From IMG/VR virus record IMGVR_UViG_3300042893_001103, positions 8,190 to 72,189 of that record: a stretch of 64,000 nt of DNA. One strand, written 5' to 3'. The position numbers and the translations under genes were made by a program. Numbering within the stretch: position 1 is the first letter of the stretch; the number at the start of each line of letters is the position of its first letter. The stretch is from a virus. The notes beneath the pieces are model-generated. The model was not told the DNA's origin. It did not search any database and worked only from the letters and a program-made list of their open reading frames with translations. Positions 19,550 through 30,500 of the stretch are shown here, in pieces.

Positions 19550-20290
19550 TTATTGACCGTCGTTAATGCTGTACAAAATACACTGCTCAATAAGGGCGTG
19601 TAGGTCAACAACGGTTGCTGTTGTCTTTGTTGGTTTTGGTCTATCCCCAGCATGCTCAATCCAGAAAGAATTCAGTTTTGTCTTCATTTCTGAAGTCAAA
19701 CCCTTAGACAGGCTGACGAACTGTTCCCACAATTCTTCAATCATCGGGTCAATAGAAACTTCTGCTTCAATTTCCATTGCCTCTTCTGAGCGAGCAAGGT
19801 AAAGACCAATGCCAAGCGCTTGAGCGGCTTTTTTCAATGCGTCAGAAACAGCCCCCTTGAATTCGTCACCGAGGTCAACAATATCGCCAGCCTTTGTACG
19901 CTTAATCTTCTGACCACCAAATCCGTCTTTCACAACGTTGATAAAGTCGTCTTTTGAAAGCACGCTGAGACGTACGTGAGCAACAATAAATTCTGGGTCA
20001 AGAGCATCACGTTCACACTTGATGATTTCATATGCCCAACCGTCAAATCCAAGAACTTTATTAAGTCGTGAAATTACTTCGCTGACAGGAATGTAAGTTA
20101 GGGAAGTTCCGCCTTTTTTGAGTTGACGTTCAACTTCTTTGGGAAACGGCTCGTTTAAAGATGCTTGAATATCGTTTCTCCCAGCAATTGCCTTAATGCG
20201 AAGTTCTTCTTGACGACGCAACCACACATCTACATCAATCATATTTTCTTCAGTCTCAGTATTGTCTAGAGCAATTTTTTTAGCAGTCAT
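19550..20290 (-). CDS. Rad52/Rad22-family single-strand annealing protein
   Basis: LTYI....VISRLNKVLGFDGW...KGAVSDALKKAA..LGIG.YL. Confidence 0.9.
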   Translation of the reverse strand: MTAKKIALDNTETEENMIDVDVWLRRQEELRIKAIAGRNDIQASLNEPFPKEVERQLKKGGTSLTYIPVSEVISRLNKVLGFDGWAYEIIKCERDALDPEFIVAHVRLSVLSKDDFINVVKDGFGGQKIKRTKAGDIVDLGDEFKGAVSDALKKAAQALGIGLYLARSEEAMEIEAEVSIDPMIEELWEQFVSLSKGLTSEMKTKLNSFWIEHAGDRPKPTKTTATVVDLHALIEQCILYSINDGQ

Positions 20291-20292
20291 TG

Positions 20293-20790
20293 TTATTTTT
20301 CACCTTTTGTATAGATAGCGATATTTGTTTTTGGTTCACCAACTTCGCAGTACTGGTCTGCGTTGATGCCTAAGTCGTTTAGTGCGCCAACACGCCAGTA
20401 CGAGGGTTGGACATAATCAAGTATTCTATTGACAATTTCTTCAGTTGACAACGTCACTTCGCCAGTATCCATATCAACGGAAGACTGCTGAAGTCGTTCA
20501 AACACTTGCATCATAAGGCCTTTGCTGTCCCATGATTTACGAGCAGAGCCAACTTTGCATTTGATTTCAGCACCGGTACTAAGTGTTAATTCTGTCTTCT
20601 TTTCGGACTGCATTTTGTCAACCATCTTGGTTGCAAACGAATCGTAAATTGAAGCAATATCTTTCTTTACGTGGTTAAGCATTACAAGATGCTCAGACCA
20701 GACGTCAAGGTCGGCTTCGGTGACGCCTTCGCTATTGAGGAAGTTGTCAAGGGTTACGAGCATGATTCGTAAATCCGCTGGAGTTATCAT
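20293..20790 (-). CDS. Hypothetical protein
   Basis: Clean ORF heading the recombination operon. Confidence 0.65.
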   Translation of the reverse strand: MITPADLRIMLVTLDNFLNSEGVTEADLDVWSEHLVMLNHVKKDIASIYDSFATKMVDKMQSEKKTELTLSTGAEIKCKVGSARKSWDSKGLMMQVFERLQQSSVDMDTGEVTLSTEEIVNRILDYVQPSYWRVGALNDLGINADQYCEVGEPKTNIAIYTKGEK

Positions 20791-20802
20791 TTTGTTTCCG
20801 TC

Positions 20803-20838
20803 TAGTAGTAGGTACCTATGGTTAGTAGTGGGTACCTA
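20803..20838. repeat. Direct repeat TAGTAGT(A/G)GGTACCTA x2 in the 5' region of the recombination operon
   Basis: tagtagtaggtaccta at 20803 and tagtagtgggtaccta at 20823, next to a minus-strand TATCAT. Confidence 0.6.
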
Positions 20839-22143
20839 GACGATGATACTGACGATTTTCCTCTGTGGCAACCCCAGGCCAGTCAAATGTGTAAATGCCC
20901 CAACAACCGAGTCAACCTGGTCGTCGTGGTCGCAAGCCTCTGGAAACGACGACATTTCGTCCAACCAGTCGCTCAACCACGTACCCCTTACAACTCTTAC
21001 GTTTCCATTGGCTACAGCAGCCGCAAAGGGTCTAGCACGAGTCAATTTATCGCCAGTTGCCCGTATTCCTGAAAAATCAAACCCTGGAACAACGTATCTG
21101 GCGTATTGGTCCACGAGGGCTTTTCCTGACGAACCAGGCTCTTGCTCCATCCTAATGGCAACTCCTCTTCCGTCCTCGTAGGCAGTCTGGGCAACTAGTT
21201 GCTCCACCTTCTCTCCCTTCACACGAGCCCTCTTAACGTCCAAGACGTAAGCAACCCCACCGTCAAAAAGGACCAAAGTTCCAACTGTCCAGTCGGGGTT
21301 GGGTGTCTGTGGGGAAGGTTCGGTGGCTGCAAGGTCCCAGAAACGCACAGCCCTGGCCGCTGACGTGACGGTTGGCACCTCAATACTGTCAATTATTACG
21401 ATGTTTTCTCTCTCAAATAGAGTTCCCAAGGTGGTGCTCCACCAGTCTCCCTCTTCAAGCCTGCGCCGTTCAATTGGGTCAAGAGCCTGCAGGGCTTGGC
21501 GATAGGAGTCAGCGTCAATTCCAGGGTTGTCCGTCAGTTTACTGGGAACGAAAATTCTTCCTTTTTCGGTTCCCTCAACGATAAATCTCTGCCTAACCCA
21601 GTTTGGAGCAGGGTTTGAGGCACACCGCATTCTCAATGGAACCTGAGATAACGGTCCTGAGTTGGGGCGGCGCAAACGGGAGAACATGTACCGATAGTCC
21701 GATTCACGGATTTCGGTGACCTCATCCATTCCAATAAACTGAAATTCTGACCCTTTATAACGAAGGTAGTCGTTTGTGTTGTTTAGGTACCCAAAAGATA
21801 TTCTTGCTCCAGAAGGAAATGTCGCTACGTAACTGTTTGCGTTCCAGTGAATATCGTCATGACCGTCTATCCATGTCTTGAATCTATCCATGAGGGCACC
21901 AGGGAGCGCCAAGTCAGCATATGTACGACGAAACAAAATGGCTGAATATCCAGGAACATCAACATATTGCAGGGCTGACATTAAAAGTGCTGAACTTTTT
22001 CCACCGCCTGCGGCACCACCGAATAATGCTTCAATACCATTCGTTCTCAAAAAAACTCTTTGAGTGATAGATGCCTCTTCTGGACAGAATTCAGGTTTCT
22101 TTGGTTCTAAGTATTCAAGAACTTTTATCCAGTCAGTAGTCAT
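20836..22143 (-). CDS. terL: Terminase large subunit
   Basis: Walker A FGGAAGGGKS, Walker B GMDEVT, motif III ASNP, nuclease WDLAA...HDDQVD. Confidence 0.95.
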   Translation of the reverse strand: MTTDWIKVLEYLEPKKPEFCPEEASITQRVFLRTNGIEALFGGAAGGGKSSALLMSALQYVDVPGYSAILFRRTYADLALPGALMDRFKTWIDGHDDIHWNANSYVATFPSGARISFGYLNNTNDYLRYKGSEFQFIGMDEVTEIRESDYRYMFSRLRRPNSGPLSQVPLRMRCASNPAPNWVRQRFIVEGTEKGRIFVPSKLTDNPGIDADSYRQALQALDPIERRRLEEGDWWSTTLGTLFERENIVIIDSIEVPTVTSAARAVRFWDLAATEPSPQTPNPDWTVGTLVLFDGGVAYVLDVKRARVKGEKVEQLVAQTAYEDGRGVAIRMEQEPGSSGKALVDQYARYVVPGFDFSGIRATGDKLTRARPFAAAVANGNVRVVRGTWLSDWLDEMSSFPEACDHDDQVDSVVGAFTHLTGLGLPQRKIVSIIV

Positions 22144-22204
22144 GGTTTTCTTTCTATAAGGCAATTGCACACTAGGCATGTTTTATGCGCTACGGTGTGA
22201 GCAT

Positions 22205-22429
22205 ATGAATAATTTCATCACTAAAACGAAGTCTGCAAGTGTAAAGAGTATTAAGTTTTTATGGGGGGCGATAAAAGAATTAGCGACTCGCCCATTCTTT
22301 GCCAACGTTTTAATGGTAGGATTTATATTATTTACAAGTATAGGGGCGAGCATGGTTTCGCCTGCTTTGGGTTTCATTTCGGCGGGTGTTACATGCGGAA
22401 TTTTAGGTTTCTTGCTAGGTCTTGAGTAG
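22205..22429 (+). CDS. Small two-TM membrane protein upstream of the portal
   Basis: Two hydrophobic segments (FFANVLMVGFILFTSIGA; ALGFISAGVTCGILGFLLG). Confidence 0.6.
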   Translation: MNNFITKTKSASVKSIKFLWGAIKELATRPFFANVLMVGFILFTSIGASMVSPALGFISAGVTCGILGFLLGLE

Positions 22430-22432
22430 AAA

Positions 22433-24487
22433 ATGGCTTGGAATAACTTTAATAATAAATCACTGAACAATCAGTCCACAAAGAGCGTCGGTCCTGGCGC
22501 TCCAATTGCGCACAACCCTGGCTATGCCGGAAAAGCGTATTCTGACTCGTGGGATATTGAGCGTGTTTATAAAGAAGGAATGCAGAAGGTAACTTGGGTT
22601 GCTCGTTGTATTGACGCAATTGCTGGAAACCAAGCAAGACTCCCAGTGATTCTTAGGAAAGACAACTCTCCGCAGGGTGAGATTATTGTAGGTTCAAAAG
22701 CAAAAAATTCAGAGATATTAAAAATTCTGAACACAAAATCCAATATAGGTGAAAATTCATTTATATTTAGATACAGGCTTTCTTCTCAACTCTTAATGAG
22801 CACACGAGGGGTGTTTATTGAAAAAATTTATGGCAGGGACGGCGGAGTAATTGCTCTCAACCTTCTACCCCCACAAAGCACTTCACCAATTCCTGACCCA
22901 AGAAATTTTGTTGCTGGTTACGAAGTGAAGATGCCAAACGGCGGCACCATAATCATGAAACCAAAAGATGTTATTTGGATTCGCAAACCACATCCATTAG
23001 ACCCATACCTATCAATGACCCCATTAGAGGCTGCTGGTATTGCTGTTGAGATTGAAAACTTGGCAAAGGTTTACAATAGAAACTACCTTCTAAACGATGG
23101 TCGTCCAGGAGGTCTTCTTGTTCTTCGTGGAGAAATTGACGATGATGACAAAGAAGAACTAAAGAGCAGATTCAGGGGAAACATTGCTCGTGCTGGAGCA
23201 ACGACCGTTATCTCTTCTGACGATGGTGCTGACTTTGTTGATACATCCGCCAGTCCTCGTGACGCTGCATATATTCAAATGCGTCAAATTACTAAGGAAG
23301 AAATTCTTGCATCTTTTGGTGTTCCGGAATCAGTTATCGGAAACGCTGCTGGCAGAACATTCTCTAACGCTGGTGAAGAAATCCGAGTCTTTTGGAACGA
23401 AACAATGCTTCCGCATTTAGAGCCAATTGCTCGTGCCTTAGATGAACTTGACGACCAGCATTACATTGACTTTGACGTCAGGAATGTTCCTGTTCTTATT
23501 CTTTACGAACAGGAAAGAAACAGATACCTCAAGGATGAACTTGGTCAAGGTCTAATCAGCACAAACGAATACAGAACTGGAACTGGCAGAAAAGAAGTTG
23601 AGAGCGACCTTGCCGATTCTCTTTTATGGAACCCAAACCTCACTCCGATTGCAAACACGAAGAAGAAGATGGAAGAGCCTGCTCAGGCCGGTGTAATGGG
23701 GGCTCCAGGAGTCCCTGGGGCACCAGGAATGCCCGGAATGCCAGGAATGCCAGGAATGCCTCCAGGTGCAGAGGGAATGCCTCCAGACCCAACAACCATG
23801 CAGGGTGCTATGGAACTCGCAACACAGGGTGAACAGATGGCTCAAAACGCAGGAATGCCACCAGTTGACGGTGTCATGTCTCCAGAGCAGGGAGCCATGC
23901 CAACCGCGCCAGCGCAAGCATCCGCAAACTACTCGGCGCTTCAAAGCAAGAGCGAACAAGAGTGGCAAACAAAAGTTGACACAACATTTAACCGATGGAC
24001 AGAGATTCTTGATAGAAGCCTGGAAAGAGTATTTGAGAGACAACAGAGAGTTGTTCTTGAGAAAGCCTCTGGTATTAAATCTAGAAAACTATTGGCAACA
24101 GGAGCGCTTGATGTGGAAAGCATTTTCAGCGCAGATGTATGGGCTAAACAGATGGACGAAGACATTAGGCCTGTTCTTAACGCAATTATCAATGATGCAC
24201 AAACAACATATTCCGAAAAAAATCTTGTCAAGATGCCGTTAAAAAAAGAAGATATCGTCGCTCATGTCAACTCGCAAATAACCAGAATCAAGTCAGTCAA
24301 CGATGAAACTGCACAGGAAATCAACAATGCCGTGTTTGCAACACTTGGCGTACATGGCGAAGAAGACAAGGTAACTACTTTGCGCACTGCTCTTGTTGGA
24401 ACATTTACCAATCTCCTAGCAAAAAAGAAATCGCAAATTGCTGAAGACGAAACGCGTCGGGCGTGGTCAATGGGTTCAAACATCTAA
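22433..24487 (+). CDS. Portal protein (HK97 family) fused to a truncated MuF/gp7-like domain
   Basis: WVARCIDAIA, GEN.F.FR, MTPLEAA, NDGRPGGLL, EILASFGVPES.IG..TFSN; PGM linker; C-terminal FERQQRVVL...IAEDETRRAW. Confidence 0.9.
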   Translation: MAWNNFNNKSLNNQSTKSVGPGAPIAHNPGYAGKAYSDSWDIERVYKEGMQKVTWVARCIDAIAGNQARLPVILRKDNSPQGEIIVGSKAKNSEILKILNTKSNIGENSFIFRYRLSSQLLMSTRGVFIEKIYGRDGGVIALNLLPPQSTSPIPDPRNFVAGYEVKMPNGGTIIMKPKDVIWIRKPHPLDPYLSMTPLEAAGIAVEIENLAKVYNRNYLLNDGRPGGLLVLRGEIDDDDKEELKSRFRGNIARAGATTVISSDDGADFVDTSASPRDAAYIQMRQITKEEILASFGVPESVIGNAAGRTFSNAGEEIRVFWNETMLPHLEPIARALDELDDQHYIDFDVRNVPVLILYEQERNRYLKDELGQGLISTNEYRTGTGRKEVESDLADSLLWNPNLTPIANTKKKMEEPAQAGVMGAPGVPGAPGMPGMPGMPGMPPGAEGMPPDPTTMQGAMELATQGEQMAQNAGMPPVDGVMSPEQGAMPTAPAQASANYSALQSKSEQEWQTKVDTTFNRWTEILDRSLERVFERQQRVVLEKASGIKSRKLLATGALDVESIFSADVWAKQMDEDIRPVLNAIINDAQTTYSEKNLVKMPLKKEDIVAHVNSQITRIKSVNDETAQEINNAVFATLGVHGEEDKVTTLRTALVGTFTNLLAKKKSQIAEDETRRAWSMGSNI
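23700..23765 (+). repeat. 9-nt coding tandem repeat (CCAGGAATG; PGM) in the portal linker
   Basis: GAPGVPGAPGMPGMPGMPGMPPG. Confidence 0.85.
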
Positions 24488-24595
24488 TTTCTGTAAATAG
24501 CAAAACCTATTTAAAGAAACGTTAATATCTGTATTCAATACTTGCAATCGTTTGACTCCTTATCCTTTATTATCAATTAAGACATTAGGAGCGAC

Positions 24596-27500
24596 ATGAG
24601 TCAGCAAGATATTCAATTTAAAGCCATTCCAGGCCAATTCAACATTGACGAGGCCCAAGGCGTCGTTGAGTGTTTCGTCGCCGGCATCGGCAATAAGGAC
24701 TCAGTAGGAGACGTTCTAATTACTGGAGCATTCACCAAAAGCCTTACCCGCCGCAAGCCCCGTGTTGTTTGGGGACACAACTGGAACGACCCAATCGGTA
24801 AAGTTCTTGAGATTTACGAAGTTGCCCCAGGGGACAGAAGACTTCCAACAAAGATGCTCAACGCCGGTATTGGTGGCTTGTACGCAAAGGTTCAATTCAA
24901 TCTCAACTCAGAAAAAGGTCGGGAAGCCTTCGCCAACGTCGCGTTCTTCGGACAAGAACAAGAGTGGTCAATCGGATACAAAACGCTTGATTCAATTTTT
25001 GACCCGAACATCCAAGCAAACATTCTAAAAGAAGTTGAACTTTACGAAGTATCGCCAGTACTACATGGTGCCAATCAATTGACTGGAACAATTTCTGTAA
25101 AGTCTGACGAAACAGCCGAAAAGCACATGCCCGGAATGATGATGCCTCACCATACTGGAATGAACCAAGGTCCAAAAATTATCGTCGTTAGACAGGGTGA
25201 TGATGACGACGATGACGACGACAAACCAATTTTCTCAGAGGGTCTTGCTCGGGCGCTTGGTGACAATGAAAAAGAAAGATTGACACGCGAACTACAAAGC
25301 AGAAGCGGTTCCTCAATTCAACTAGTTTCCGCTACTGAAAGCACGGCAAAGTTCAGAAGAATGACCTCTGATGGTCGTTCTGTAATGTACAGAATCGGAT
25401 ATCACACTCCAGACAATTACGTTACCTTTATGTTTGGCAAGCCTGAACTGGCAGACGGACAACAACCGAGTGGTTCACGTACGGTTGTTCCGTCACAGAT
25501 GCCTTCAATGCCAATGCAGGTCAAGCCTGGCGTGCCAACTGGCGCAACGAACTTCGTTGTTAGTCCTGAATACGTAATGCCTAAAGGTGAGGATTATGAA
25601 AAATCAGCCTTTGACGAAGAACTAGAAAATCTTGCTCAGATTCTTGACGAGACATTTGATGTAAAAGTTGGAAGAACGCTTAGTTCCCGCAATATGTCAA
25701 AACTAAAAACAGTCCTAGAGACACTTCAAGACATTGTTTCATCAGCGGAAAAAGATGTTGAATCAAAAAGTGATTACCTAATTCCTGTCAAACTGGAAAA
25801 CGCGTTTGAGACCAAGCAATTACTTGACCCAATTTTTGATTATCACAGGGTTGAATCTCACGTGACGGAAGATGGCATTGTCATCACAACCGAAGTAACA
25901 CAAGAATTTATAGAGGCTATTGGCGTAGCCGAAAAAGCCCTGGGGCGAACGCTAAGCGGGGGCCTGGGAAAATTAGGCCGCGCCGGTAGGGGCGCGGTAA
26001 ACTTTGACCCAAAAGCATGGGACGGTGACGGAGACGGAATCGTACAAGAAGGAACGCCGTACTCACGTCCTGCAATTCCTGGAGTAAACGACCGTGCATC
26101 TGGTGGAAGAGTTGACACCAATGCTGCAACCCGCGCATGGCAAAATCAACGCAGAAGCGGAATGGCTTCCCGTATGGGTAGCGATGACAACGCAGATGAA
26201 TACGACGAAGCAATGGGACCACCAATGCGACGCCCAAGCAGAGGTATGGCTGACGACCCAGTTGGTGACGCTGCTTCAGAAAACCTTGATAGAGACAGAA
26301 ACGCTGGCGCTGTAAGAAGTGGACTTAGTTCAAGCACTGCAGGTGTTGTCAAAATTGATATTCCTCAAATTGACAATGCCATAGAAGAATTGGCAGCCAA
26401 AGACATAGGAATGTCTCTTAAAAGATTCAGAGAACTAACAGACGAGGGTCGTCTTCCGGAACGTTATCAAAAAGCATTTTCGGACAGAGTTAAAGTTCTT
26501 AATGATATTTTTTCTAATTTAAGCAAAGAAAAACTAGACGAAAGTCCTGGAAAAGTGCTTTCAGAAATTAGAAAAAAATTAGTTGACACTCTTTCTTCTG
26601 ACGACAAAGAAGGCGACGGTTTCATTAGCCAATTTAACGATAGAAGAGAAATACAAAACTTTATAGACGGAATTGAAGAAGTTCTTAACTTGGCTTTTGA
26701 CGACTATGTTGACAGGGCTAGAGAAAATGGAACAGGCGAAGAAGCGGACGACCTTCAGGCCGAGTTGTTGTCTGACTTCACACAATCTTTAAAAAAAATA
26801 TCCGAAAAATCAAAGAACCTTTTTGATGCAAGAACAAAATCCTTCCGTGGAACAGAACCAGCAAAAGCCAAAAAGGAATCAGAATCAGAAAAAGAAAGAT
26901 TATTTGACTTGCTCAAAAATCTTCTTGACATGGAAGAACTTGCTAGGTACCTAGACAGCACAGAGGGCGTTGTTCCTACGGATGCATTTATTGACAGAAT
27001 CAGAAAGGGAAACATAAGTGACGAAGACCTAGTACAACTAAATGGCTTTTTTGAAGATGCACTAGAAAATATTATTACCCTTGACCCAAGCCTTGACCCA
27101 GAAAAATTAGCAAAAGAATTTTCTGATGCAATTAGAGAAGGTGCAAAAAATGATGAATCAGGAGTAATTCAGCGTATTGCAAAAGAACTGGGTGACGATG
27201 GCGTCAGTGAGGACCTCGTTCAATACCTCAAGGATGGTAGAGAAGGTTCTCCATTCCTTCCGAATAGAGGTAAAAAGGAAAGAGAAATACTTCGCGGCTT
27301 TGCTTCCAGAACCGGCGGTGGTGACTCAAAAGGTAAAAAATTTGATGTTAGGGATAGAAAACAAAGAGAAGACAAAATCGTTGAAATGTACAACGACGGT
27401 GAAACTGTTGGCGACATATCTCGCTTTTTAAGTTCCCAGCCTGGTTCAAATGGTATTTTTACGGAACTTGCTAACATTCGCAATGTTATAGATAAAAGAA

Positions 27501-30500
27501 GAAAAGCGGGAGACGTTCCTCTTCGTTCCGTCAATCCAAACAAGGAAAGACAAGCAACAACTAACCTACGTAATGAAATCATTAGACTTTATAACGATAA
27601 TGATGAATTGTCGTATCGTGAAATAGCAAAACTTACTGGTACAACCCAAGCCAATGTTACAAACACCCTTTCTTCAATGCGTAGAGGAAATGATTCTCGC
27701 ATTAGAAGCGGGGACAAAGTAAGAGGCTTTTCGTCTTCTACCGGTAGTGATGGAGAGAGTGGACTTGGTTCCTCATCTGACAAGCGCGAAATGGACATGA
27801 CGCTTGCTGAATATGCAGAACTAAATGAAGTTCTTAAAAAATATATGGATGAAAGCCAACTAGACGGCATCGGTGCCGACGAAGACATGCAAGTCATCCA
27901 GAACATTCTGGACAAACTTGATGAGAGTTCAGCCGCAAACGACTCAATCCCTCTTACGGATAAAGAAATTGACGACTACATGGACACTCTCACAAGAATG
28001 AGAGACAATGGTCCGGTTGAAGATTCAGACGATAAAGAATCAATAGATAAATTGATTGACTCTTTGAAGAAAACAAAAGACTCAAAAGATGGAACCTACG
28101 AATCAGATGCTCTTCAGCAGGCTGGAACCAGGCTTTCCCGTCCTTCTCGTGATGGACAAGGTGGCGGTCGTGGAAGAACAGCAAAACGCCCTCGCGGCTT
28201 TAAGAGTTCCAATGGAACAATAAACCCACACAAAAAACTTGATATAGAACTAGATGATTCTGAAATCGGCGAACTTCGTGACGAACTTCAGGGTTTTATG
28301 AAAATGACAGACAACCCTGCTCCGCTCAGGGCCATTGCTGAAAAACTTGAAAAAGCCACAAACGGCAAATTTTCAGTTGATAAAGACGAATACGAAGCAG
28401 TCATAAAAGAAATAGACAAAATGCGAACCGACAGAGGAGTGGTCACGTCTGATGTGGTTGGGGTTCTTGAGCAAGCAGCAGAATCTCAAAAAGGAAAATA
28501 CTCCAGTATTGATGTTCGTGGTGGACGAGGCTTTGAATCATCTACTGGTGGTGGCAAAAACAACGGAGCACCATCCGACATTCCTGAGACAATGCAAAAG
28601 CAACTCATCATGTGGGGTAGACAGCAGGGCGGACTCAGACTTGTCCAAGAAGCAATTCAGAGGTTTGACAAAGACAAGGGAACAATGCCGGCGTCGTACT
28701 GGAAGAGATTGCGCACCATGTATGAAAACATGGGGCCAGGTTCCGCTAGTGGTGCTGCTCGCAGAACTGGACGTAGGGGCATATTCGGTCGCGGAAAAGA
28801 TACAGACACTTCACCACGTGGTAGTGCTGGATTTATAATTGACGACAGACCAGTACCTAAAGGCTTGCTTGATAACACAATGTCAAACAACCCGATTGTT
28901 ACAGATGACTTCGTAGACACCAATTCTGGCCCCATGGGTGGCTCACAGGGTGGCGGCGTATTCAAGGACCCCAAGACTGGTAAGGAATATTACATCAAGC
29001 CGCCAAAGTCACAAACTCATGCAGAAAACGAATCACTAATGTCTCGTTTCTATGAAAGATTAGGTATTCCTGCTGGAAAAGTAAAAGTAGGAACCTACAA
29101 AGGTCGTCCAAAAATTGTTAGCGAAATGGTTCCAGGGGCAAAACAGGTTGACCATGAATCCGAAATAAAGAACTCAGCATGGAAGAAGGCAGTTCAAGAC
29201 ACTTTTGTGGCTAATGCATGGCTTGCAAACTGGGACGCTGTTTCAAACTCGGGAAACACCATTAAGGGCGGAGACGGTAAAGCGTACGTCATTGATGTTG
29301 GTGGTGCTGGTCTTTTCCGAGCAAGAGGAGAAGCAAAGGGCTCGGCGTTCGGTCCTATCGTCGGGGAAATGGAATCCTTGAGAGACCCAAATCAGTCGGG
29401 CGCTAGACGTGGTGTTGCATACTGGGGAGACATTCCTCCAGCAGAAATTGCTCGTCAGGTAAAAGCAATTGGAGCAGTATCAGATTCTGAAATCAAAGAA
29501 ATGGTTGATGCTGTAATTTCCGACAAAGGTGAAGCAAAGAAACTTTCTGACACCCTTATTGCGCGACGTGACTATCTGGTACAAAACTGGTCCACTGGCA
29601 AAAATAGTGGAACTGGCAGAAGAGGTCGTACTGGCTTTTCTTCGGAAACCGATAATTACGAAAGAAGAAACAAGAGGCCTGGCGTAGCGCCAGCAATGAG
29701 ACCTGCCGACTTTGAAGTACGTCCTCGTGACGGCGAGCCTACGGGTGTTGGCAAGGGTGGAGTAATGGGAACAAAGCCCGACCCCAAGTTCACTGGAGAC
29801 TCTTTTGACCAAGCCAAACCAGAAGAATGGGAAAAACTTACAATTGATGAAAAATGGGGTTGGATGCTTGGGGAAGGAAACCCTGAAAAGGGTGGAACGA
29901 TGTCCCCTGCCGCCTATCAGGGTGCAATGAGGAAACTTGGCGAAGAAGAAGCCAGGGAAGAAACAAAGCGCATGACTCCAGAAGAACGAAGAAAATCCCG
30001 TTCAGAATCAAGACAAAGCGCCATGGATGAACGTTCTGACAACGAGAAAGAAAGACTCACTTCCGAAAGAGAAGAGCGTCAAAAAGAAGCACAAGAATCA
30101 TCTAAGCGAGTTAAGGAAGAAGCAACTGCGGAGCAAGCGAAAGCCAAGAGACAGGCGCGTCTTGATGCTTTCAATGAATGGATTGATGACTCAATTCGTG
30201 AACTTTCAGGAATGGAATACGACGAAACAGACATCAATCCTGATTCTGAAGACATCTGGGACACTGTTTCCACAATCCTTGGCGTTGAAGACATCACTCC
30301 AAAGTCGCTAAAAGAAGCAATTGACGAACTTTCATCATATATTGACATTACTTCAGGAGAAAATGCTTACGAAAAGAAGAGTGTCGCTCGTGCTAACGCA
30401 CTATTGAAGAAACTCTTAAAGATGCAATCAGAGTATTCGGAAGACAAGTGGTTTAACGACAGAGAGGGTGGAGTGTCTGGATTCCAGTCTTCAACTGGCG

